Under the pieces are notes generated by a model, which was given only the letters and a program-made list of their open reading frames with translations, was not told the DNA's origin and did no database searches. The position numbers and the translations under genes were made by a program. A DNA stretch of 59,990 bases from a virus. The stretch covers positions 1 through 59,990 of the IMG/VR virus record IMGVR_UViG_3300035533_000010. One strand, written 5' to 3'. Of this stretch, positions 40,370 through 47,986 are shown piece by piece. Positions within the stretch are counted from its first letter, which is position 1, and each line of letters begins with the position of its first letter.

Positions 40370-40567
40370 ATGACATACAAAAAAGCCGATTTTAACACAG
40401 AAATAAAATCCGTCGTTTTGTCAGGCCATGCAGGCGTGATCTGGATGATTTCAAATCCAGCAACAGGTAACACGAGCTACCGGATGGAGGTCGACGACGG
40501 AGAGTTTGTTGAAAGCACGTCGTTTGATCATATTTTAAATGCGTACAACATGCGGGAGAAAAAATGA
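40370..40567 (+). CDS. Hypothetical protein, paralog A
   Basis: 65 aa with GGAGG upstream. It shares the W..NPA.G...E..S....NAYN pattern with the next gene. Confidence 0.6.
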   Translation: MTYKKADFNTEIKSVVLSGHAGVIWMISNPATGNTSYRMEVDDGEFVESTSFDHILNAYNMREKK

Positions 40568-40782
40568 TACGTGACGAATTGCAAAAATCAGTTTTGAATT
40601 GTGATATGCCTCAAGTCTTGGCAAGTGGGAAAAATGGCAAGCGCCTTTGGATGAAGTGCAACCCCGCTTTGGGTACGATGATTTTTGTCGTGATGGTATC
40701 CGGGCGGGCAGTGTACGAAACATTGAGTCTGGAAAAGGCGATCAATGCCTATAATGCGATAGGAAAGGAGAAGGTGGCATGA
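40564..40782 (+). CDS. Hypothetical protein, paralog B
   Basis: 72 aa with ATGA overlap. LWMKCNPALGT...ETLSLEKAINAYNA. Confidence 0.6.
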   Translation: MIRDELQKSVLNCDMPQVLASGKNGKRLWMKCNPALGTMIFVVMVSGRAVYETLSLEKAINAYNAIGKEKVA

Positions 40783-41666
40783 CTGAAACTCAAGCAACGT
40801 ATGAAGCAAGGCGGCATTGCAAAAACTGCGGCCTACGGGTAGATGGAATCTGTACACTCACAAAGGCAGAACACATCGAATGCCTGGCTGGTGATGAAAG
40901 AACTCACTGGCGGCTGAAGATCAAACACGACTGTCATGACTGTGGCAACACGGTGGTAAACACTATGGTTTGCAGGCTGCCGTCTGAAAAAACAGACGAA
41001 TGTCTGCGAGACCCTACAAGGCCGCACTGGAAGCTGAAAGAATTTATTAATTCAGAAACGCTACATGCCAGAACCTGCCGGTGTGACGAGTGTATTGAAT
41101 ATTGGAAGATACAGGATGGACTACAGGAAGCAGGGAGGGAAGAGGACCAGAATATTGATGGCGATACGATCAGGAAAAACAATTACCCGGTGCAGGACTT
41201 GGAGATGGAAAAAGCCCGGATGTTTACCAACCAGCGCAACCCGGACCGGAATATCCATGACCCGAACGCCCCGATCAAGGGCGCGGATGAGTATATCAGG
41301 TCGGCAAGGATAATTGAGCGGGAGCAAAAACAGGAGCCCGGCAAAAAAAATGACCATGGCAAACCCCGGTATGATCTTCTGCCCTGCGATGTGCTGGAGG
41401 AAATCACGATCATTTTCACCCATGGGGCTGAAAAGTACGGGGAATATAACTGGACGAAGGGTATGTCTTGGTCGAGGCTTTTTGCTGCAGCACAAAGGCA
41501 CCAATGGTCTTTTTGGTCTGGGGATGACGTCGATGAAGAAAGCGGTCGGCCGCACTTAACACACGCTATCGTGAACTTAATGTTTTTGCTGGCGTATTAT
41601 AAGCGAGGAATCGGGACGAAGGACAGATATTCCGATCGCGCGGAAGCGAGGTGCAACGATGAGTGA
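40779..41666 (+). CDS. Protein with duplicated Cys-rich N-terminal module and dATP/dGTP-diphosphohydrolase-N-like (DUF5664-type) C-terminal domain
   Basis: N-terminus: CKNCG..C..ECLAGDERTHWRLK and CHDCG..C..ECLRDPTRPHWKLK. C-terminus: NDHGKPRYDLLPCDVLEEITIIFTHGAEKYGEYNWTKG...AAAQRHQWSFWSGDDVDEESGRPHLTHAIVNLMFL. Confidence 0.6.
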   Translation: MTETQATYEARRHCKNCGLRVDGICTLTKAEHIECLAGDERTHWRLKIKHDCHDCGNTVVNTMVCRLPSEKTDECLRDPTRPHWKLKEFINSETLHARTCRCDECIEYWKIQDGLQEAGREEDQNIDGDTIRKNNYPVQDLEMEKARMFTNQRNPDRNIHDPNAPIKGADEYIRSARIIEREQKQEPGKKNDHGKPRYDLLPCDVLEEITIIFTHGAEKYGEYNWTKGMSWSRLFAAAQRHQWSFWSGDDVDEESGRPHLTHAIVNLMFLLAYYKRGIGTKDRYSDRAEARCNDE

Positions 41667-42192
41667 AGTTACTGAGTGGAGACCAGTGCCAGGCGCACAG
41701 CAATATCAGGTTAGCAGTCGAGGAGAAATACGGAGAAGGAATAAAAAATTAAAGCCTTTTCCAAACAAGTGGGGGTATCTACAGATCGACTTATCAGTAA
41801 AGGGAAAAAAAACGAGGTACTCCATGCACAGGTTGGTAATGCTTGTGTTTTGTGGAAAAAGCGATTTGTGTGTCCACCATAAAGATGGGGATAAGACCAA
41901 TAACCGCATGGAAAACCTATCGTATGTGACATATTCGGAGAATGAACAGCACTCTTGGGCAGGTGGGAAAAGACCCGCTTATTCTGGGGCCAAAATAACA
42001 GAGACCGATGCGTTTATTATAAGAAACAGGAGGGCCGCAGGCGAGCGCGCCGTTGATTTGGCGAAAGAGTTTGGGCTCTCCCCTCAAACCATTTGCGATA
42101 TACATAAGCGCCGTATATGGACTGACCACATCCGGGGGGTTGGAATCGATGACAGGGAGAAAGGCGGGGAGAAAGGCGGGACAGATGAGTAA
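41659..42192 (+). CDS. NUMOD4-HNH homing endonuclease with C-terminal HTH
   Basis: EWRPVPGAQQYQVSSRGEIRR (NUMOD4-like), HRLVMLVFCG...VHHKDGDKTNNRMENLSYVTYSENEQH (HNH_3), and ERAVDLAKEFGLSPQTICDIHKRRIW (HTH). Confidence 0.8.
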   Translation: MSEVTEWRPVPGAQQYQVSSRGEIRRRNKKLKPFPNKWGYLQIDLSVKGKKTRYSMHRLVMLVFCGKSDLCVHHKDGDKTNNRMENLSYVTYSENEQHSWAGGKRPAYSGAKITETDAFIIRNRRAAGERAVDLAKEFGLSPQTICDIHKRRIWTDHIRGVGIDDREKGGEKGGTDE

Positions 42193-42484
42193 GCTATGCC
42201 CATATTGCGGAACCAGTAACGGTAAAGAGGCTATTGTGGATCAATCACACCTGTCTTTAAAAAAAATGTCCAGCCCTGCAAATACCAGGAATGTTTATCA
42301 ATGCGCGGAGTGCGGCGAGGAATACGAGTCCTGCGCCAGAAGGGAGGATTACACCAAGCCGGTTGATAGGTTTTTTGAGCGCCCGGGACAGTATGGGAGG
42401 GAGCGGTTTTATGACGCGTATTATTGGTGGGAGCCCGGGGCTTTTGGTAGGCGGAGGAAGAGAATAGAAGCCCCGGCCAAGTGA
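42185..42484 (+). CDS. Zinc-ribbon protein
   Basis: I prefer the internal ATG 42185 (8-nt overlap). CPYCGTSNG...YQCAECGEEY. Confidence 0.6.
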   Translation: MSKLCPYCGTSNGKEAIVDQSHLSLKKMSSPANTRNVYQCAECGEEYESCARREDYTKPVDRFFERPGQYGRERFYDAYYWWEPGAFGRRRKRIEAPAK

Positions 42485-42492
42485 CCGGGGCG
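42471..42492. terminator. Bidirectional hairpin GCCCCGG-N8-CCGGGGC between convergent blocks
   Basis: The 7-bp GC stem has the plus-strand stop TGA (42482-42484) in its loop. T-rich sequence follows on both strands. Confidence 0.55.
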
Positions 42493-42496
42493 GTTA

Positions 42497-42628
42497 TTAT
42501 TGCAAGTAGCTTTTTAAGGCCTGCAGGAGCAACTCCCGCAGGCTGATTCCTTCATCCACGGCCCGGTGCTTAGCTCGGTCCCACAGGGCGGTGGGGATGT
42601 TTCTGAGTAGGTAGGTGATGGTCTTCAT
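42497..42628 (-). CDS. Arc/CopG-type RHH protein (43 aa, antitoxin- or repressor-like; below the track threshold)
   Basis: MKTITYLLRNIPTALWDRAKHRAVDEGISLRELLLQALKSYLQ, with AAAGGAA upstream. Confidence 0.5.
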   Translation of the reverse strand: MKTITYLLRNIPTALWDRAKHRAVDEGISLRELLLQALKSYLQ

Positions 42629-42715
42629 GGTTGTTCCTTTCGGTTGTGTGTAAAAATAAAAAACCGGCACCACTCCCGTAGGAACGATGCCTGCTTTTCC
42701 GGCGGCCTGTCTGAT

Positions 42716-42934
42716 TTAAAGAAAGGGTTGTGGTTCGCACCAGGTACACGGCCTGTCTTCGAACCACCACTGCCCTCTGCAAACTGGGCAGGTTGGAACG
42801 TTTGCCTTCCGTGCCAGCCTTTCGGCCGGAAACGGAGAGGCGGTGAGCCGGGAATCTTCCCAGCTCAAGTCGCACCAGTGTCCGAACTGGTGTTGTTCAA
42901 CTGAAAACTGCCCATCGGCGGGAAATTGTCTCAT
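42716..42934 (-). CDS. Small Cys/Trp-rich hypothetical protein
   Basis: I prefer ATG 42934 (GGAGG 6 nt upstream). CPVCRGQWWFEDRPCTWC. Confidence 0.5.
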   Translation of the reverse strand: MRQFPADGQFSVEQHQFGHWCDLSWEDSRLTASPFPAERLARKANVPTCPVCRGQWWFEDRPCTWCEPQPFL

Positions 42935-43014
42935 AATAACCTCCAAATGCCTGGCTTAGGCGGTTTGTGATCTCCGGTTCAGCGTTCCCCTTGACCGGGT
43001 CTATGTGCTGGCTG

Positions 43015-43218
43015 TTATGTCAATTCCTCTGTCCAAAAAACAAAATTCTCCGGCAGAGGGTTCCAATTTGAGACAACTGCGCCGCCATCAACGACACCGT
43101 TGTCTAAATGAAATGCAACAGTTGTGGCAGCTCGTGCTGCCGCTGACTCCTGTGCCGCGTGTTCACGCCACAGGCGGGATTCTAATTGTGCAAGGGGTTC
43201 ATTCTGTAATCTATCCAT
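43015..43218 (-). CDS. Hypothetical protein
   Basis: 67 aa, with GGGGCAAATAAGGAGGAAAT directly upstream of the ATG. Confidence 0.55.
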   Translation of the reverse strand: MDRLQNEPLAQLESRLWREHAAQESAAARAATTVAFHLDNGVVDGGAVVSNWNPLPENFVFWTEELT

Positions 43219-43282
43219 ATTTCCTCCTTATTTGCCCCAGCTCAATTCCCGGCTGGCGCGGGTGTGTTGGTTGCGTTAGCGG

Positions 43283-43543
43283 CTACTTATAAGCCGCAAA
43301 TTCTTTTGTAGTGCGAATCTCTTTTCTGCCGCATTCGCAGCAAGAATAAACAGAGCCGCCATTCCACCGAATTCTGCCTGTCAGGCAGCTCTTGCACTGC
43401 CCATAATCACCCGGGTCATTACGGATGAATTCGGCTTCCGCATTTTTATTATCCCTGTAAATTTTGTTCTCATGGTAATCGTCAGGATCACCATGAAGAA
43501 CGATTCCGTTCCCCATGTTAATAATTTTACTAATTTTTTTCAT
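43283..43543 (-). CDS. Zinc-ribbon hypothetical protein
   Basis: I prefer ATG 43543 (GGGGCAAACAAGGAGAATGAC upstream). CKSCLTG...CCECGRK. Confidence 0.6.
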   Translation of the reverse strand: MKKISKIINMGNGIVLHGDPDDYHENKIYRDNKNAEAEFIRNDPGDYGQCKSCLTGRIRWNGGSVYSCCECGRKEIRTTKEFAAYK

Positions 43544-43676
43544 GTCATTCTCCTTGTTTGCCCCGGCTGTTACACCGGGGCTGGGTTGGGTTAACTTGCG
43601 ATTTCTTCCGGAGACCCGGAAAAATCTTCTTCGCCTGGTCCGAATCACCGCCTCGATTAGAGAGGATTGAGACAAA

Positions 43677-43925
43677 TCACACCTCTTGGCAATATTTTGC
43701 AATGGCGTCGGATTTGTTGATACATTTTTCCGGGAGCTGTGCCGTGGTCACTCCCATCCGCCATCCATGCAAATGCCGTGGAGCTGGTGCCCACCCATTT
43801 TCAATAACATCATCAATATCATTTACGTGATGGTACGTGGTGGTATATTTGGACCTCACCACGGATGTCATGTACTTGTATCCATCTTTTTTGGCTTTTT
43901 TTGCGGCCATTATAATTTTTTTCAT
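43677..43925 (-). CDS. Hypothetical basic protein
   Basis: 82 aa with CAAACAAGGAGAAAAATC upstream. It is the first gene of the small leftward cluster. Confidence 0.6.
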   Translation of the reverse strand: MKKIIMAAKKAKKDGYKYMTSVVRSKYTTTYHHVNDIDDVIENGWAPAPRHLHGWRMGVTTAQLPEKCINKSDAIAKYCQEV

Positions 43926-44132
43926 GATTTTTCTCCTTGTTTGGGTTTGGGCTGATTGCCCGTTGTTTGATAATAGGGTATATCAGGCTTATCAGTCTGT
44001 CAAGCGGAAAATGCAAACAATTTAAAAAAAATGCAAAAAAGTTTCAACTCCCTGAAAATACAGAAAATAAAAACGAAACTTTTTTAAGGGTACAAAAAAT
44101 GTATGAGCGTGAGCATTAAATGTATTTTCCGG

Positions 44133-44160
44133 TTGACAATGGCCGAAAACATGGTATAAT
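44133..44160 (+). promoter_or_regulatory. Consensus sigma70 promoter TTGACA-16-TATAAT
   Basis: TTGACA at 44133-44138 and TATAAT at 44155-44160. It lies in the 270-nt A/T-rich divergent gap and is the best promoter match in the window. Confidence 0.65.
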
Positions 44161-44195
44161 CCAGATAGTTATAATCCACAAAAAGATTATTTTTT

Positions 44196-44384
44196 ATGCC
44201 GCAGCGGACCCGAAAATCATTGAAACCCACACCTGGCAAGGAGATCACGCCGGAGATGATTACAATTATTCCCACCCCTGAGCCGAAATATCAGATGCCG
44301 GAGAACTACGTCAGGCCGAAGGGCCGGCGGATGTTTAATCAGGCTCCGGGGTGCTTGAGGGTGCCGAGGCACTCAGGTGGATGA
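44196..44384 (+). CDS. Doubtful 62-aa Pro/Lys/Arg-rich ORF in the short transcript
   Basis: No good SD at ATG 44196. An internal ATG follows AAGGAG by 12 nt. The composition faintly recalls the N-termini of P27-type small terminases. Confidence 0.3.
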   Translation: MPQRTRKSLKPTPGKEITPEMITIIPTPEPKYQMPENYVRPKGRRMFNQAPGCLRVPRHSGG

Positions 44385-44421
44385 TGAATAACACAACCCA
44401 CAATAGGTTAGCTACCGAACA

Positions 44422-44457
44422 GCCAAAGCCTTATGGCCTTTGTGGGTTTTCTTTTTT
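44422..44457 (+). terminator. Rho-independent terminator candidate
   Basis: An imperfect hairpin CCAAAGCC-ttat-GGCCTTTGTGG is followed by GTTTTCTTTTTT. Confidence 0.45.
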
Positions 44458-44482
44458 AAGGCAAGCACTAAAGGCGGTGTTT

Positions 44483-45031
44483 ATGAAAGAAGAATTAACA
44501 CAGGATAGGTTAAAATCTATTTTGGATTACAACCCCAAGACAGGCGTGTTCCTTTGGAAAAAAACAGGGAACAATCAGTTTGTGAAAAAAGGCAGGACAG
44601 CAGGATGGGACATGGGCGATGGATACCGCCGCGTCACTGTACTTGGTGGCACCTATTACGCGCACAGGTTGGCTTGGCTTTACATGCACGGTTATTTCCC
44701 AGAACACGGGATAGATCATATTAATAGAGACAAGAAAGACAACAGAATTAAAAATCTGCGTGTTGTCTCACAACAATGCAATGTAAGAAATACAGGGGTT
44801 AGATGTAATAATAGATCTGGGATAACCGGAGTGTTATGGGCCAAGCAACAAAAAAAATGGCAGGCCAAAATAGCGGTATCCGGGAAAACCATACACCTTG
44901 GATATCATAAAGATAAGATAGAAGCGGCCAAAGCGAGACACCTCGGCGAAATAAAATATGGGTTCAAAAACTGTTACACAAGCAGCCCTGCATTTAAGTA
45001 TTTGCAAGCCCAGGGCTACGCAGGGGGATGA
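44483..45031 (+). CDS. HNH-AP2 homing endonuclease, paralog 3
   Basis: I prefer ATG 44483. LDYNPKTGVFLW; LAWLYMHGYFPEHGIDHINRDKKDNRIKNLRVVSQQCNVRN; SGITGVLWAKQQKKWQAKIAVSGKTIHLGY..EAAKAR. Confidence 0.8.
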   Translation: MKEELTQDRLKSILDYNPKTGVFLWKKTGNNQFVKKGRTAGWDMGDGYRRVTVLGGTYYAHRLAWLYMHGYFPEHGIDHINRDKKDNRIKNLRVVSQQCNVRNTGVRCNNRSGITGVLWAKQQKKWQAKIAVSGKTIHLGYHKDKIEAAKARHLGEIKYGFKNCYTSSPAFKYLQAQGYAGG

Positions 45032-45318
45032 TGAAAATACCAGCTAATATAAAACTTGCCGGGCACACAATCAAAATTAAATTTGCAGACACAGCGCATT
45101 CGTCCAGCTCCGGCAGGTACAACAACTATCACAATCTGATCGCGCTCGAAAGCGAAAAAGACACACCGGAGGATAACATATCGGAGGCTTTTTTGCATGA
45201 AATTATAGAGGCGATAAAAGCTAAAAACAACTTAGACCTGGATCATGTCGCACTTACTGTTTTGTCAGAAAGCCTATTCCAAGTGATCCGGGACAACAAT
45301 TTGGATTTCAGGCCATGA
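45028..45318 (+). CDS. Hypothetical protein with degenerate HExxH-like helix (HEIIE)
   Basis: 96 aa with ATGA overlap. EAFLHEIIEAIKAK. Confidence 0.55.
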   Translation: MMKIPANIKLAGHTIKIKFADTAHSSSSGRYNNYHNLIALESEKDTPEDNISEAFLHEIIEAIKAKNNLDLDHVALTVLSESLFQVIRDNNLDFRP

Positions 45319-45525
45319 CAAAGGAACAAAACCATATCTTTGTGGGAACCTGCAAAAAGTCCCCCGCCCGGCTTTCCGTCGGTTCAAAGGGTGGGGGCAA
45401 CCCAAAATCAAAGAAACTGCCTGAAAACGCCAAAACACCCAAAAACCGGCCTCCAAAACATGGCCAAATTTTGCGTTTCAGGGATGGGTTGGTACTCAGA
45501 TATTCAGGAAAAACAAGGGGTTAGA

Positions 45526-45702
45526 ATGGAAGACACGGTAAAAAGCAAATCAGGGAAAACGATTCGGCTCACAGACGGGACGCACAACAGCGCAAACCCC
45601 GAGAAGTCCCGCAAGAACCGGTTTCGGCAGTTCTCAAGCAGCAAGGAATACCGGGAGTCGCCGTTGTGGGAGAGTATGGGGCCGGAGGCAAAAAATGGAT
45701 GA
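45526..45702 (+). CDS. Possible 58-aa basic protein
   Basis: It starts at an internal ATG of the track ORF 45340. The upstream part of that ORF is low-complexity CA-rich sequence. Confidence 0.35.
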   Translation: MEDTVKSKSGKTIRLTDGTHNSANPEKSRKNRFRQFSSSKEYRESPLWESMGPEAKNG

Positions 45703-45832
45703 GGGTAGAAAATTAGAGGGGTGGGAGATTGATCTGTGGCTGTATTACTGGGACTGCGTATGTAAGCGGCGCAAAGCAGAGGCGCTGGACCAGATGATCA
45801 GTTGGACGCATGCAGACTTGAGGATGTTTTAG
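45695..45832 (+). CDS. Possible 45-aa Trp/Cys-containing protein (below the track threshold)
   Basis: MDEGRKLEGWEIDLWLYYWDCVCKRRKAEALDQMISWTHADLRMF, with an 8-nt overlap to the previous ORF. Confidence 0.3.
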   Translation: MDEGRKLEGWEIDLWLYYWDCVCKRRKAEALDQMISWTHADLRMF

Positions 45833-45945
45833 GTGGTTAACACTATGTTAATACTTACCCCCTATAGAATTGAGACTTTTTGTTTTAAAATCAGTATGTT
45901 GCAAAAACGAAAGCACTGGTAAAAATGTTGATGGAAACCTGACAG

Positions 45946-46323
45946 ATGACGGCAAAAGAGCGACATCGGCGCAAGATACTTGAATTCTTGAGCGATCCGG
46001 AGAACGATTTCCCCCCTCGCCAGGAATACGCCAAGCTTTGCCGCATCACAATCCAGACCATGTATCAGCACTTCACGCCGGCTGAACTGCAAACCATCGA
46101 GAACGAAGCTTACGAAGTTAGAAAGAAAAATTCAACTAAACAGCGGGCCGAGTTGCTGGCCATGCTTTACACTGAAGGTATGGCCGGCAAGGTCCGGGCG
46201 ATCCGGGAATATCTTGATAGAACAGAAGGCAAGGTGCCGGATAAACAGGAAAGATCAGGCCCGGGTGGCGGGGCAATAGAACACAAGTGGCGGATTGAGG
46301 TTGTGGAGGCCCAAAAATGCTAA
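45946..46323 (+). CDS. terS: Small terminase subunit candidate (HTH-like N-terminus)
   Basis: 125 aa immediately upstream of and overlapping terL. EYAKLCRITIQTMYQHF is HTH-like. The call rests mainly on position. Confidence 0.55.
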   Translation: MTAKERHRRKILEFLSDPENDFPPRQEYAKLCRITIQTMYQHFTPAELQTIENEAYEVRKKNSTKQRAELLAMLYTEGMAGKVRAIREYLDRTEGKVPDKQERSGPGGGAIEHKWRIEVVEAQKC

Positions 46324-47780
46324 AGATGCAGATCCCTAAAAAGCTGCTTCCGATTCTCCAAAAGCCAAAGCGCATCAAGATCGCTATCGGGGGCCGGGGT
46401 TCTGCCAAGTCTACCACGTTTGCAGATGTCCTGGCGATGAAGGCCCAGACCGAGGGCGCAAAGGTGGGATGCTTCCGGGAATATCAAAACAGCATCGAAG
46501 ATTCGGTGCATGCGCTCCTGGCCGCCGAAATAGAGCGGATTAAAATTCCAGGTTTCTCAATAGGCAAGGCCACGATTGATCACCAGTCCGGAGGCAAGTT
46601 CCGGTTCAAGGGTCTGGCCCGGTCCATCGATGCTGTAAAGTCCATGCACGGTTTCAAATATTTCTGGGTCGAAGAGGCGCAATTTCTTTCCAAAGACTCC
46701 ATCAAAATTCTGACCCCCACGGTCCGGGAGGAAGATTCAGAAATATGGTTTTCCGGCAACCCGATGTCATCAGCCGATCCCTTTTCCCAGCGGTTCATTG
46801 TCCCCTATCTCACGGAATTGAAGCGGGACGGATACTATGAAGATGACATGCACCTGATTATATTCGTCAATTACAACGATAATCCATGGTTCCCGGATGT
46901 CCTGGAACAAGAACGCAGGCACGATTTCAAGACCCTGGATCGCGCGCTGTATGATCATGTTTGGGAAGGTGCATTTAATGACAGCGTGGAAAACAGCATC
47001 ATCCTGGCTGAATGGTTTGATGCCTGCGTTGACGCCCATGAAAAACTGGGATTCAAACCCCTGGGAGCAAAAATCGTTTCACACGATCCTTCAGACCTGG
47101 GGCCGGATGATAAGGGTTTGTGCCTGCGCCATGGTTCCGTGATCCTGGATGCCATGGCCGAAAAATACGGGGACGTCAACGAGGGGTGCGATTGGGCCAC
47201 GGGCTACGCAGCGGACAATAACGCAGACTGGTTCACATGGGATGGCGATGGCCTTGGCGTTTCATTGCGTCGGCAAATCCAGGAGGCTTTTGAGGGCACG
47301 AAAACTGAAGTTGAGATGTTCCGGGGGTCGAACAGTACGGAGAACCCCGACTCTGTGTACCAGGAGCCGGGGAAGGTTCTCCCGGATGATGCGAAACGCA
47401 GGACAAACAGAGAGACATTCAGAAACCTGAGATCCCAAAGATACTGGATGCTTCGGGACCGGGTGTTCAATACATACCAGGCCGTGACAAAGAATCAATA
47501 CATCGATCCGGATCAAATGATTTCCTTTTCTTCCAAAATCCAGGATATCCAAAAGCTTCGCTCTGAATTGTGCCGTATCCCCCGCAAACCAAACAGCAGG
47601 GGGCTGATCCAGATTATGACGAAAGATGAAATGAAACGCCTGCTGAAAATCGAATCCCCCAATATCGCGGACGCAGTGATGATGTCTTTGATGACACCGA
47701 AAAATCCGGTTGAGATGCAGGCGGACGTGAACAGATATATATCCCGAAACAAACACATTAGAAGGGGCTTACGAGTATGA
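46317..47780 (+). CDS. terL: Large terminase subunit (PBSX/Terminase_3-like)
   Basis: Walker A is IAIGGRGSAKST and Walker B is KYFWVEEAQ. The C-terminal nuclease half contains VSHDPSDLGPDDKG. Confidence 0.9.
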   Translation: MLKMQIPKKLLPILQKPKRIKIAIGGRGSAKSTTFADVLAMKAQTEGAKVGCFREYQNSIEDSVHALLAAEIERIKIPGFSIGKATIDHQSGGKFRFKGLARSIDAVKSMHGFKYFWVEEAQFLSKDSIKILTPTVREEDSEIWFSGNPMSSADPFSQRFIVPYLTELKRDGYYEDDMHLIIFVNYNDNPWFPDVLEQERRHDFKTLDRALYDHVWEGAFNDSVENSIILAEWFDACVDAHEKLGFKPLGAKIVSHDPSDLGPDDKGLCLRHGSVILDAMAEKYGDVNEGCDWATGYAADNNADWFTWDGDGLGVSLRRQIQEAFEGTKTEVEMFRGSNSTENPDSVYQEPGKVLPDDAKRRTNRETFRNLRSQRYWMLRDRVFNTYQAVTKNQYIDPDQMISFSSKIQDIQKLRSELCRIPRKPNSRGLIQIMTKDEMKRLLKIESPNIADAVMMSLMTPKNPVEMQADVNRYISRNKHIRRGLRV

Positions 47781-47986
47781 GCAAAGAACCAACAAAGGAA
47801 CCGACACCCGGCATTTTGATGAGCAATTCTGACGTGATCAATATCACGGAGAGCGATTTCCGCCGGCTGCACCAGCGCATGAACATGGGCGGCATCCTGG
47901 AAGGCGCGTACGGCCTGGATAACGGCATGGTCATCAGTCTTGCACAGATTATCGCCATGTCCCCCGACGGGAAAATGTTTGGTTAA
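47777..47986 (+). CDS. Hypothetical protein between terL and portal
   Basis: 69 aa, coupled on both sides. Confidence 0.6.
   Translation: MSKEPTKEPTPGILMSNSDVINITESDFRRLHQRMNMGGILEGAYGLDNGMVISLAQIIAMSPDGKMFG

Noticed and set aside
42629-42715. Terminator between the 42716 gene and the RHH gene (GGTGCCGGTTTTTTATTTTT on the minus strand)
   Set aside because: The T-run is good, but I could only draw a weak, mismatched stem. It is too uncertain to list as a feature.
42570-42904. ORFs 42570-42875 (-) and 42644-42904 (+)
   Set aside because: They give Arg/Ser/Gly-rich products with no SD. They overlap the better-supported 42716-42934 (-) gene and the RHH gene.
45315-45702. Track ORFs 45315-45524 and 45340-45702 as full-length genes
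   Set aside because: Their 5' portions translate the CA-rich repeat tract into K/P/N low-complexity sequence. Only the distal 58 codons (45526-45702) look protein-like.
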